DNA from: an uncultured cyanobacterium
GTDB taxonomy: Bacteria > Cyanobacteriota > Cyanobacteriia > Leptolyngbyales > Leptolyngbyaceae
DNA: 35,280 nt
Direction of reading: 5' to 3'
Assembly (NCBI GenBank): GCA_963766075.1
Contig: CAVYAN010000106.1
Coordinates: 1 to 35,280 of the forward strand
Below, in pieces: positions 19,242 to 28,537 of this stretch (its first letter is position 1; each line of letters opens with the position of its first letter). The notes under the pieces were generated by a model. The model was not told the DNA's origin, searched no databases, and saw only the letters and a program-made list of their open reading frames with translations. Made by a program: the position numbers and the translations under genes.

Positions 19242-19278
19242 CTGGCCCATTGCATCATGCCCGCGATCTCCCACGAGC

Positions 19279-19301
19279 AAGGCGATCGACAATCGCCTTT
19301 T
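19279..19301 (+). terminator. Probable terminator of the esterase gene
   Basis: AAGGCGAT-CGACA-ATCGCCTT-TT; short U tract. Confidence 0.45.
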
Positions 19302-19469
19302 ACATTCTGCGGCCATTCCCTAGAACCTGTTGCCACTCCCTAGAACAGCCCGATCCACACAATACCCATTGCCGCTTTATCAGCAAGGTAAAATTCTCCT
19401 AGGACATTCTGTTCCAAGGGGGATAAATGGAAAATGTTCTCCATCCTCTGCCTGCATGAAATATGTCCC

Positions 19470-19507
19470 AAAAAAGTCCCTGGCTTTTGACGAAAAGCCA
19501 GGGACTT
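19470..19507 (-). terminator. Rho-independent terminator of ftsH
   Basis: Perfect 15-bp stem AAGTCCCTGGCTTTT-GACG-AAAAGCCAGGGACTT with U tract on the minus strand. Confidence 0.85.
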
Positions 19508-19531
19508 GGGAAAAAAACCGTGCCTGCGCGA

Positions 19532-21412
19532 CTAACCCACGACGGCCACAGGCTCTGCCGCCGTCTGCACCTGCGCTAATAGGGCGTGCAGCGTTTCCCC
19601 TTCAATCACTTCCGTTTCCAGAAGTTTCTGGGCGATTGTTTCCAGCAGCTCACGATTTTGCTTCAGAATCCCCAAGGCATGCTCATGAGCATCCTCCACA
19701 ATTTGCTTCACTTCCTGGTCGATCGCCTTTGCCGTGTCATCACTCACCGATCTCCGAGGGTTAGGAGCCCCATCCCCCAGAAACTGGGAAGGCTGTCCCT
19801 GCTGATAGGCCAACGGCCCCAGTACCTGACTCATGCCATAGGTCGTCACCATCCGTTCGGCCAAATCCGTAGCCCGTTGTAAATCATTAGACGCCCCCGT
19901 GGTAATGCTGCCAAAGATAATCTCTTCCGCCGACCGACCGCCCAGCAGCGTGGCAATTTGCCCCCGCAGTTCAGTCTCGTTCATCAAGAAGCGATCCTCC
20001 GTGGGCAACTGCAACGTGTAGCCCAGAGCCGCCATGCCCCGAGGAATGATCGAGATTTTCTCCACGCGACCACTTCCCGGCATCAGCGCCCCGACTAGGG
20101 CGTGACCCACCTCGTGATAAGCAACGATTTTCTTTTCGGTTTCATTGAGGACACGGCTCTTTTTCTCAAGTCCAGCGACAACCCGTTCGATCGCTTCGGC
20201 AAAGTCTTCCTGGGCCACCGTCAACCGCTGATTCCGCGCCGCCAACAAGGCCGCTTCATTCACCAGATTCGCCAAGTCCGCACCCGCAAATCCGGGAGTC
20301 CGTGTGGCGATCGCCTTCAGGTCCACATCCTTGCCCAGCTTCACTTTCTGAGCGTGAATGTTCAAGATCGCAATCCGACCGGATAAATCGGGGCGATCGA
20401 CCAGCACTTGCCGATCAAACCGACCGGGTCGCAGCAGCGCCGGATCCAGCGTTTCCGGACGGTTCGTGGCCGCTAGCACAATCACCGTTGCACCACCCAC
20501 CGCAAAGCCATCCATTTCCGTCAGCAATTGATTCAGCGTTTGTTCCCGCTCATCATTACCACCATAGAACCCGCCCGCACTGCGAGACTTGCCGATCGCA
20601 TCCAACTCATCAATAAAAATAATGCACGGCGCTTGCTTCTTCGCCTGATCAAACAAATCGCGAACCCGCGACGAGCCGACTCCCACAAACATTTCCACAA
20701 ACTCAGAACCGGAAATACTGAAGAACGGCACCCCAGCTTCCCCCGCTACCGCCTTGGCCAACAGTGTCTTGCCAGTTCCCGGCGGCCCCACCAGCAGGAC
20801 ACCCTTAGGAATCCGCGCGCCAATGTCGGTAAACCGAGTCGGAGACTTGAGGAAATCCACAATTTCCACCAGTTCCGTCTTGGCTTCTTCAACCCCAGCC
20901 ACATCGGCAAAGGTCACCTTTTCGGCCTCACCTTCGACGTATACTTTGGCCTTGCTCTTGCCAATAGACAGGACACCCTGTTGGCCACCGCCCGCGCCCC
21001 GGGCCACAAAGAACTGCCAAATCCCCACAAAAATCAGCGGCGGAATCACCCAACTCAGCAGATTGCCAATCCAACCGTTTTTCGGCGGGGGCGCAGCCGC
21101 AAACTCTACACCCTTCGCTTCCAATAACTTAGGAAGTTCCAGGTCAAAAATTGGCGTCGTCACATACACAGGACCGGGAGTATCATTTTCTGTTTTGAGT
21201 TGAAAGCGGATTTGATTTTGGCCCACCGAGACTCGGCTGACTTCGCCCTCTTGAACCTGGTGAATGAACAGGCTGTAGGGCACGCCAGCGCTCTGGGGAC
21301 CAAACAGGCTGGGCAACAGCAGGTTCAGAATCAGGAAAATGCCCCCCAAAGACAGCAGGATATTGCCAATCAGGCGGGACCGAGGCGGTGTAGGCTTTTC
21401 TTTGATTGCCAT
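19532..21412 (-). CDS. ftsH: ATP-dependent zinc metalloprotease FtsH (probably FtsH4 type)
   Basis: Two TM helices, [36 protein letters not shown]. Confidence 0.97.
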   Translation of the reverse strand: MAIKEKPTPPRSRLIGNILLSLGGIFLILNLLLPSLFGPQSAGVPYSLFIHQVQEGEVSRVSVGQNQIRFQLKTENDTPGPVYVTTPIFDLELPKLLEAKGVEFAAAPPPKNGWIGNLLSWVIPPLIFVGIWQFFVARGAGGGQQGVLSIGKSKAKVYVEGEAEKVTFADVAGVEEAKTELVEIVDFLKSPTRFTDIGARIPKGVLLVGPPGTGKTLLAKAVAGEAGVPFFSISGSEFVEMFVGVGSSRVRDLFDQAKKQAPCIIFIDELDAIGKSRSAGGFYGGNDEREQTLNQLLTEMDGFAVGGATVIVLAATNRPETLDPALLRPGRFDRQVLVDRPDLSGRIAILNIHAQKVKLGKDVDLKAIATRTPGFAGADLANLVNEAALLAARNQRLTVAQEDFAEAIERVVAGLEKKSRVLNETEKKIVAYHEVGHALVGALMPGSGRVEKISIIPRGMAALGYTLQLPTEDRFLMNETELRGQIATLLGGRSAEEIIFGSITTGASNDLQRATDLAERMVTTYGMSQVLGPLAYQQGQPSQFLGDGAPNPRRSVSDDTAKAIDQEVKQIVEDAHEHALGILKQNRELLETIAQKLLETEVIEGETLHALLAQVQTAAEPVAVVG

Positions 21413-21459
21413 AGAATTATCGTCCTTGGTATTTTACAAGCTGAACTAGAGCATACGTA

Positions 21460-21654
21460 TTAATAAACGGTTTCTAACCAGTCAAAAATTTTAGCGAGCT
21501 GATCCAAGCTAATCAATCCATATTGAAACAGGGTCATCGGCAATGTGTAGGGCGTTCTCCGACTCTGGCGCAGTGCCAGAGCCAGGGACTTGCGGGGCAC
21601 TGCGAGGTCGATTTCTAAAAACTTGAGGAGTTGCCTGTGCCGAGTCGGAATCAT
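21460..21654 (-). CDS. DUF2949-family small protein
   Basis: LLKFLEIDLAVP...LPMTLFQYGLISLDQLAKIFDWLE. Confidence 0.85.
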   Translation of the reverse strand: MIPTRHRQLLKFLEIDLAVPRKSLALALRQSRRTPYTLPMTLFQYGLISLDQLAKIFDWLETVY

Positions 21655-21676
21655 GACGGACTAAAAATGAATTTGT

Positions 21677-21694
21677 GTTACTAAACTTAACAAT
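21677..21694 (+). promoter_or_regulatory. Weak HLR1-like site upstream of the DUF2949 gene
   Basis: GTTACTAA-AC-TTAACAAT, two mismatches. Confidence 0.3.
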
Positions 21695-21759
21695 TGCGTC
21701 AAATAAAGTAAACGAGTTAGCCGTTCGGGTTGCCGTAGGGGGCAGGGGGGTAGCCCGAA

Positions 21760-22740
21760 TCACACCGGAGCCAAGGCCCCAACTTGGCCCGCATCCGTTA
21801 ATTCCAGGGTATCGCCGATTGCCTGTCCCGTGTGGTAGGCCGCCAACAGCACCGGACAGGTCTTGCCCCAGGCGATCGCCCCCGTGGCATCCAACCCAAT
21901 CGCCCCAAAATCCCGCTGCTGGACCTCCGCCTCGTGAAAAGATTTCTCAAAGGCCGCGACCAAGGAGGCTCCATCAATCACCCGCACCACAATCCGGGCG
22001 GCTAGACATTCGTTAATGATATCCTCGCCAATGCCCGTACAGCTCACGCCCGCTTGGCTCGTCGCATAGTTGCCCGCTGGCATCGCTGAATCACTCACGC
22101 GCCCAATCCGTTCAAAGCCCTTGCCACCTGTAGACGTGCCCGCACAGAGCTGGCCCTGGCGATCCAGCGCGACAACGCCAATGGTGCCCCGCCCCGCCAC
22201 ACTGTCCACCAGTTCCGGCTCGGCAACGACCCCCGCCATATCCTTAGAAAAGTTCCCCTTCCGCTCCTGCATCCATTCCTGCAAGCGAATATCCGTCAGC
22301 GGATTATGAATCGGCACCTGCAATTCTCGGGTCAGTTCCGCCGCCCCGTAGTCCGAGAGCACGCGATCGTCGCACCCCTGCAAAAACTGGGCCAACTGAA
22401 TCGGATTCTTCACCCGCGAGACATTAATCACGCCGCTAAAGCGCTGCGCCGTCCCGTCCATTAGCGAGGCACTCATCCGCACCTGGCCATCGGATTGCAG
22501 CACAGAACCCGTTCCAGCGTTGAACCGGGGATCATCTTCTAAAAGCTGACAGCCTTGAATCACAGCCTCCTGGGCCGAGGCCCCCGCCGCTAACAGGGGA
22601 TAGACGGCTTCGATCACCGCATGCAGCGATCGCCGCACTGCTACCAAGCCACCCTTGTCTTTTAGGGAAGGCCCCGCCCCGCCATGAATAATCAACTTAG
22701 GAATAACATCCTGGGACTGCGCCCAATTTGCTGATGACAT
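21760..22740 (-). CDS. iaaA: Isoaspartyl peptidase/L-asparaginase (Ntn hydrolase)
   Basis: IIHGGAG, LEDDPRFNAGTGS, autocleavage G-TIG, TSTGG, GRVSDS, SCTGIGE. ORF open to 22776. Confidence 0.92.
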   Translation of the reverse strand: MSSANWAQSQDVIPKLIIHGGAGPSLKDKGGLVAVRRSLHAVIEAVYPLLAAGASAQEAVIQGCQLLEDDPRFNAGTGSVLQSDGQVRMSASLMDGTAQRFSGVINVSRVKNPIQLAQFLQGCDDRVLSDYGAAELTRELQVPIHNPLTDIRLQEWMQERKGNFSKDMAGVVAEPELVDSVAGRGTIGVVALDRQGQLCAGTSTGGKGFERIGRVSDSAMPAGNYATSQAGVSCTGIGEDIINECLAARIVVRVIDGASLVAAFEKSFHEAEVQQRDFGAIGLDATGAIAWGKTCPVLLAAYHTGQAIGDTLELTDAGQVGALAPV

Positions 22741-23001
22741 AAATACCTGATCTCCGATGGAACTATCCGAATTCACTATCCGATTACTTAATTGGGGAAT
22801 GAAGGGTCTGAGCCAGCCTGGGACTTCCGTTTGCGGCAGCGATCAGAACAATACTTCACCTCATCCCAGCAATCTTCCCACTTTTTGCGCCAGGTAAAGG
22901 GCCGCTGGCAAACAGGACAGATTTTGCTGGGCAAGTCAGACTTGGCAACACCACGGGGCATAAGTCATTGATAATTGACGATTATTCATTATCAATGACT
23001 T

Positions 23002-23852
23002 ATGTCCCTTGCACCTTCCACTTCCTGGCCCCACCTCGATTCCCTGCGCATTGTCCTGGTTGAGCCAGCGGGACCGTTGAATGTGGGCGCGATCGCCCGA
23101 GTCATGAAAAACATGGGGCTCCGCCAGTTGGTCCTGGTGAATCCCCAGTGCGATCCCCTGGGAGCCGAGGCGCGGCAAATGGCCGTACATGCCCCCAATA
23201 TCTTAGAACAGGCACAGATTGTGGCAACGGTACCCGATGCTTTAGTAGGCTGTCAGCGGCGATCGCCACCACCGGCATGCCCCGCACCTTAGCCACCACC
23301 CTGGAGCATCCCCGCACCGCCCTGCCCTGGCTCTTGGGCGATCTCACCCAACCGGACCACACCAGCGCCCTGATTTTTGGCCCAGAAGATCGGGGCTTAA
23401 ACAACGAAGAACTCAACTATGCCCAGCGGTTCATCTTCATTCCCACCCATCCCATCTATCCCTCGATGAATTTGGCCCAGGCCGTCTGCATTTGCTGCTA
23501 TGAATTGGCCAACCTGGCCCAAGCAGATCCCGCCGCGCCGTCGCCAGACCTCGCCGCGCCTATTGCCCCTACCCCGCGCTCTGCCGCCGCTGCGCCGCTA
23601 GCCCCCCTCGATCAGCTAGAGAGCTATTACACCCATCTCGAAGCGGTTTTACTCAAGGTGGGGTATCTTCATCCCCACACGGCGGCCAGTCGCATGGAAA
23701 AGCTCCGCCGCTTGTTGAGCCGTGCTCTCCCCACCACCCAGGAGGTAGCGTTGCTGCGGGGCATGCTGAGTCAAGTCGAGTGGGCCTTAGGAACAGGGGC
23801 GATCGCTGAACCAACTGCCCCCGATGCCCGCAAAGGCAACTCAGCCAATTAA
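23002..23852 (+). CDS. trmJ: TrmJ/LasT-family SPOUT RNA methyltransferase, split by a 1-nt deletion near 23258
   Basis: IVLVEP..NVGAIARVMKNMG in one frame; FGPEDRGL, SMNLAQAV, CYEL in another; one added G restores GCQRAIATT. Confidence 0.88.
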
Positions 23853-23908
23853 TTTCTAGCAATAATTTATAGCGCATCAATTCGTTCTAGCCGCGCCGGA
23901 TTCACCCC

Positions 23909-25291
23909 TCAACCCATGGGCAGGACAGCAGCAGTCTGGGGCAGATGGAGCCCCTGGACCCTCAGATTTATGGGAGAGGCTCCTGCGGTTAACCCACGGC
24001 GCACCGGGCGCACGGGGCGCGTATCGGCTAGCGCCAAGTCAACATTGAGCAAAATGCGACTCAAGACCACTTTCATTTCAAATTGGGCAAACGCCATGCC
24101 AATACAGCGGCGGCTCCCGCCCCCAAACGGCAAATATTCAAAAGGCGAAAATTGCCCCTCCAAAAAGCGATCAGGGCTGAACTGATCGGCCTCAGGATAG
24201 ACCTCTGCCCGATGATGGGCCAAATAGATCGAGCCAAGAACAAGGGTGCCCGGAGCCAACGCCTGCCCCATCACCTCAGTCGGCGATCGCACCACCCGAG
24301 GAAACGTCAGCATACCGACCGGGTAGATCCGCAGCGTTTCACAACACACCGCATTGAGATACGGCAGCCGGAAAAGAACACTCGGATCATCCGGATCCGC
24401 CAATTCCTGAAGCTCCTGTACCAGTCGCGCCTGGACTTCGGGAAATTTGTGAATCCAATACAAGGCCCAAGTCAGTGCCGTGGCCGTCGTTTCATGCCCC
24501 GCGACCAAAAGCGTCATCAGCTCGTCACGTAACTCCACATCCGTCAGCGCCTCCCCCGCGGCATCGCGGGCCGACAGGAGCAAGGTCAAAATATCACCGC
24601 GATCGACGTCGGAATGCGTTCGCCGTTCTGCGATTTCAGCGTAGATCAGTTGGTCTACCTGCTGGCGCAAACGCACAAAGTTTCCCCACGGACTGAGTGG
24701 CCCCCAATCCTGCCGCAACCTGGGGAAATAGAGGAGACTGACGCTCAAGGGATTACTCATTTCATTGAGCAGGGTACCCAAAAGCTGTTCAAGCTGCTGA
24801 TAGCGCTGGCCCTCGGCCAACCCAAACACCGCGCTTAAGATCACCCGCATGGAAATGGCTTGCATCGCCTCCCGCACAGGGAACACGTCCCCCAGCTTCC
24901 ATCCACGGATCACAGTCTCAGTAATGTCGCCCATGATCTGTCCGTAGGAACGCATCCGTTCGCCATGAAACGGAGGCATCATCAGTTGGCGCATCCGGCG
25001 ATGGCGATCGCCACTTAACCCAATCACCGACTGCGTTCCCAGAAAAGGCTCAAACAGACCGTTGATCTCACCCGGAGCCTCAAACACCTTGCCATCATCA
25101 CTCGTCAACAGGGTTTGCAGCGCCTGCGGATGACTGAAAAAGACGACGGGAGCAAAGTTTGCCCCCAGTCTGACCGTAAAGCAGTCACCATAGGCTTGCG
25201 CACAGCCCCGCATGAATGAAAATGGCCGAATAATCCAGTAAAGCATTTGCCAAATGGCCGGAGTTTTTGGCCCAGGGGGAAGTGACATCAC
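23909..25291 (-). CDS. Cytochrome P450 (CYP110-like)
   Basis: AGHETTA, ETLR, PDRF, heme motif FGGGSRRCIG. Confidence 0.95.
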   Translation of the reverse strand: MMSLPPGPKTPAIWQMLYWIIRPFSFMRGCAQAYGDCFTVRLGANFAPVVFFSHPQALQTLLTSDDGKVFEAPGEINGLFEPFLGTQSVIGLSGDRHRRMRQLMMPPFHGERMRSYGQIMGDITETVIRGWKLGDVFPVREAMQAISMRVILSAVFGLAEGQRYQQLEQLLGTLLNEMSNPLSVSLLYFPRLRQDWGPLSPWGNFVRLRQQVDQLIYAEIAERRTHSDVDRGDILTLLLSARDAAGEALTDVELRDELMTLLVAGHETTATALTWALYWIHKFPEVQARLVQELQELADPDDPSVLFRLPYLNAVCCETLRIYPVGMLTFPRVVRSPTEVMGQALAPGTLVLGSIYLAHHRAEVYPEADQFSPDRFLEGQFSPFEYLPFGGGSRRCIGMAFAQFEMKVVLSRILLNVDLALADTRPVRPVRRGLTAGASPINLRVQGLHLPQTAAVLPMG

Positions 25292-25393
25292 CGTTGCCTC
25301 CGATAGAACTCGTTGCTAATTAATAACTCGCTCAGAATCAAACGACCCATCGACCCTGAAGCCAACACTTCAGAGTGACAGAATTTCAGTTTG

Positions 25394-25433
25394 ACAGGTT
25401 TGCATCCCATTACAGGTTTACATCCCATTACAG
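25394..25433. repeat. 18-nt tandem duplication
   Basis: ACAGGTTTGCATCCCATT ACAGGTTTACATCCCATT ACAG. Confidence 0.8.
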
Positions 25434-25510
25434 AAGGAACATCAGTCCCAGTTTAGGCACTGAAACCTGTGAACATTCCTTTTTTGCCAACGCCTTGGGT
25501 AACTCCCCCA

Positions 25511-26722
25511 CTAAAATAAGGGCACATTCAGCCCCACGCTGACCCCTACGGAAAAATTGTCCAGATCCGCCGTGACGTTTGACGATCGCCCAAACAAATA
25601 GGACACCGTCCCTGCCACAAACAGCTTCGGAGTGATGGCGTAGGTCACAGAGGCCCCGATTTGGTGCTCTGTATCAAACCGGGCCACCTCCGTAAAATCC
25701 TTAAACGTCAGGCGGTAGTCAATCGCCCCCTGAAAACTCGGGGTAATGTCGTAGCGCAAACGCGCCCCCAGCGTCTGACTCACCTGACTCTGGGTTTCCA
25801 GATTCGTGAAACTGGCACGCAAATTGTAGGCCGTATCTAATCGTAAGCGCTTGCCCAGTGAATCCTGTCGCCCTAGGATCAGATGCAGCCCCGTATCGCG
25901 CAGCAGGCGAGTACCCGATCCCGGCTGATAGAGATAATCCTGTCCGCCACCAAACTGAGCATACATGCCAGGGGATAATCGCTGCTGCACCCCCAAGTTC
26001 CAAGTCACCAGATTATAGTTGGACTCATCCCGGTCAGCGTAGCGCACTAATCCGCCCCCCACCGTCGCTACCAGTCGTGTCGTTTCACCCAGCTTGGGTG
26101 TCGCCAATAGTTGAGCACTGTTATAAAAAACCGTGTCTCCCCGACGAAAGGTTTCTAACGCCGTCACATTATCACTGGTAAAAACACTCGATCGCAACAG
26201 CAGTTGCACATCGGGCTGCTGGGGAACAGATTGTCCAGATTTCTCCGTTTTAGGCCGTTCCAAAATGCGAATTTCCCCCAATTCGGCCTTCACATCATCG
26301 GGGGCGATCGCCTCAGGTTTCGGTTCAGCCTCTGGACCAGGGGCAGGGGCTTGAGCGATCGCCCCCGACACGCGCTCTAGTGGAGCAAGTTCGAGCGGTG
26401 CAGATCCTGACGGCGCAAATTCTACCGATGAAATTTCGAGCCGCGCCATCTCAAGCGACACCCTCTCTGGCGGCACCCTCTCTGGCCCAGATATCCCCAC
26501 AGAAATGCGTTCCGATCCAGCAATGGCTAATGGCATAGTTTCTGGTGGTGCCATCGCGGGCAACGCCATTTCTGGCCGCGCCATCGCTGCGTCCGGAGCA
26601 TCCGGCAGTTCATCCCACGCCCCTGCATCCCCAGCCAAATTCGGGGCCGCCGCCGCACAGGGGGCGAAATCCAGAACACCAAAAGCCGCAAGAACCGAAA
26701 GCGCGATCGCCGAAGTACGCAT
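25511..26722 (-). CDS. Outer-membrane beta-barrel protein with low-complexity N-terminal region
   Basis: Signal peptide from ATG 26722, alternating amphipathic strands, terminal Phe (GVSVGLNVPLF). ORF open to 26818. Confidence 0.78.
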   Translation of the reverse strand: MRTSAIALSVLAAFGVLDFAPCAAAAPNLAGDAGAWDELPDAPDAAMARPEMALPAMAPPETMPLAIAGSERISVGISGPERVPPERVSLEMARLEISSVEFAPSGSAPLELAPLERVSGAIAQAPAPGPEAEPKPEAIAPDDVKAELGEIRILERPKTEKSGQSVPQQPDVQLLLRSSVFTSDNVTALETFRRGDTVFYNSAQLLATPKLGETTRLVATVGGGLVRYADRDESNYNLVTWNLGVQQRLSPGMYAQFGGGQDYLYQPGSGTRLLRDTGLHLILGRQDSLGKRLRLDTAYNLRASFTNLETQSQVSQTLGARLRYDITPSFQGAIDYRLTFKDFTEVARFDTEHQIGASVTYAITPKLFVAGTVSYLFGRSSNVTADLDNFSVGVSVGLNVPLF

Positions 26723-26804
26723 AGCAACTACCAAAAGCAACAAGGAATTGTGGATTTTAGCGTCTGGATTTTGGCGTCCATCCAACCTCCAAAATCCAAG
26801 ACGG

Positions 26805-27839
26805 CTAACCTCCACCATTAGGGTTCTGCTGAATCAAAATTACGGTCCCTTGGTTCGGCGACGGCACAGGAGCAGGCGATCTCTGCAAATCGGGAATCGT
26901 CTGGACCGGCACCACCGGGGGAGGAACAACCGGCTCCGGCGGGCGGGGCGTCGTAATTTCGCGCCGATTTTGCCAATCCCGGAGGGCGTCGTCGTTATCC
27001 GTTGTAATGCAGTTCGTGGCGAGGGTGCTATTGCCGCCCCGCCCATTCAGAGTACACAACCCCTCAAGCTGACGGGTTTGCACCGCCAGTGCCGCCAGCG
27101 TAGCCCGTCGGATAATCATCAGGCTGTCCTGAACCGGAGGAATTTCCTGCAAAACGAAGCGCTCCTGCCCCGGACCCAGCCCGATCGCCAATTGGCTGCT
27201 GCCATAAAACGCCTTTAGATCAAACGTCTGCACCGGACCCATCACACCGTTCAGAATTTGCACCGTTTGCCCCGCCAACAGCGTTACCTGTGTGCCCTGC
27301 AAATCCGTAAGGGTGACATAGCCATTGGTCAACACAAAATACTGCCCCGTATTGGTCGCCGCATCATAGTGAATCGCTAACGCCATCGCGATTGCTGCCG
27401 GCGGGGCCGTGGGACTTGCCGTGGGATCAACCGGTGGCAATGCTTGGGCCAGCACCTCTCCCCCCGGCGTTTCGATCTTGGTGGCCACCTGCCCCGGCAA
27501 ACTCATAATCAGAGCCGTACCATTGCGCAATTGGAAGCTGCGGGTACCCGGCACAAACCGAAAAACCGCACTCGAGCCAATCCGCGCCAGGGATCCCTCA
27601 TTAAACAACAATTCTGCCCGAGACTTAGCCGCCGTTTGCAGCGCATCCAGGGGCACCATCACGTCAGACAGTTTGGCAGCGCGCGCGGGCTGCTGCCTGG
27701 GCAATAGCTGGACTTGATTCACCACTCGATAGACCTGGGCGCGAGTCAGCAAGTCCTGAGCCGCCCAACCCGGAAGCCCCACCAGAGTACTGATGAGACT
27801 GGCGATCGCCCCCACGCCTAAAATACATCGCTGGCCCAT
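26805..27839 (-). CDS. Exported FecR-domain protein with Pro-rich C-terminus
   Basis: LQTAAKSRAELLFNEGSLARIGSS...LRNG...IETP; signal peptide; GGAG RBS before ATG 27839. Confidence 0.85.
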   Translation of the reverse strand: MGQRCILGVGAIASLISTLVGLPGWAAQDLLTRAQVYRVVNQVQLLPRQQPARAAKLSDVMVPLDALQTAAKSRAELLFNEGSLARIGSSAVFRFVPGTRSFQLRNGTALIMSLPGQVATKIETPGGEVLAQALPPVDPTASPTAPPAAIAMALAIHYDAATNTGQYFVLTNGYVTLTDLQGTQVTLLAGQTVQILNGVMGPVQTFDLKAFYGSSQLAIGLGPGQERFVLQEIPPVQDSLMIIRRATLAALAVQTRQLEGLCTLNGRGGNSTLATNCITTDNDDALRDWQNRREITTPRPPEPVVPPPVVPVQTIPDLQRSPAPVPSPNQGTVILIQQNPNGGG

Positions 27840-27923
27840 ACCCCTCCAGAGAACACAAAACAATGCTGTCTGTACAACGCTATCTACAATAGACAACCCA
27901 GAAATCACGGAATACCCAGAGTT

Positions 27924-27941
27924 TTGACAAAAAGTTACATT
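27924..27941 (+). promoter_or_regulatory. HLR1-like (RpaB) site in the divergent promoter region
   Basis: TTGACAAA-AA-GTTACATT, one mismatch. Confidence 0.5.
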
Positions 27942-28537
27942 CCGTACGCCAAATGGACCCCGGTTTAGCCCCATTCATGCTCGGATATCAGACTGACTAG
28001 AGCACCGTCACAGAAAGGATTTGAATCCAAATTTGGCGTTAGGTATGCAGCGTAAGACTTGGACATAGCGTCAGCCAAATCGCTTAGAGGCCTGCAATCA
28101 ATTGATTGACAACCATGCTAAACGCTTTTCGGCCACCCCCCTAAAACCCGTAGATTCCGCGAGTTCTGCAAGAACCATAGTGGGCACGCTATCAATACAA
28201 GCGCAAAGTCCTAAAGCATAAAGCCCCGATGCTGAAGAATTTCCCACACACACAGTCCCTGTTCTAAATGGGCCTGTCACCCGATTTTTGAACATTTCTG
28301 CGTTCGGCTTGCCATCTGACTCCCAAGCCAGCACTAGGCTGAGGCGATCGCTCCCGATTGGCCCCGCTGCCCATGAACCGCTAAATTCATTGCTGAATTT
28401 TGCATCGGCAGCAGCATGACTTCACTTATTGCGTATCCGTTATACCTCCCGGCGGTAATGTCCCCAGCCCGTTGGCAATTGCTAGCGACCATTTGACGGG
28501 TTCTATTGTCATCTACCAAAACTGCATCCAAACTCCC

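Noticed and set aside
28450..28462. ops-like GGCGGTAATGT in the fibre operon leader
   Set aside because: Imperfect match to GGCGGTAGnnTG and no RfaH-like gene in view
27980..28537. c-di-GMP riboswitch or CRP site upstream of the fibre operon
   Set aside because: No GEMM-type motif or good TGTGA-N6-TCACA could be found by eye
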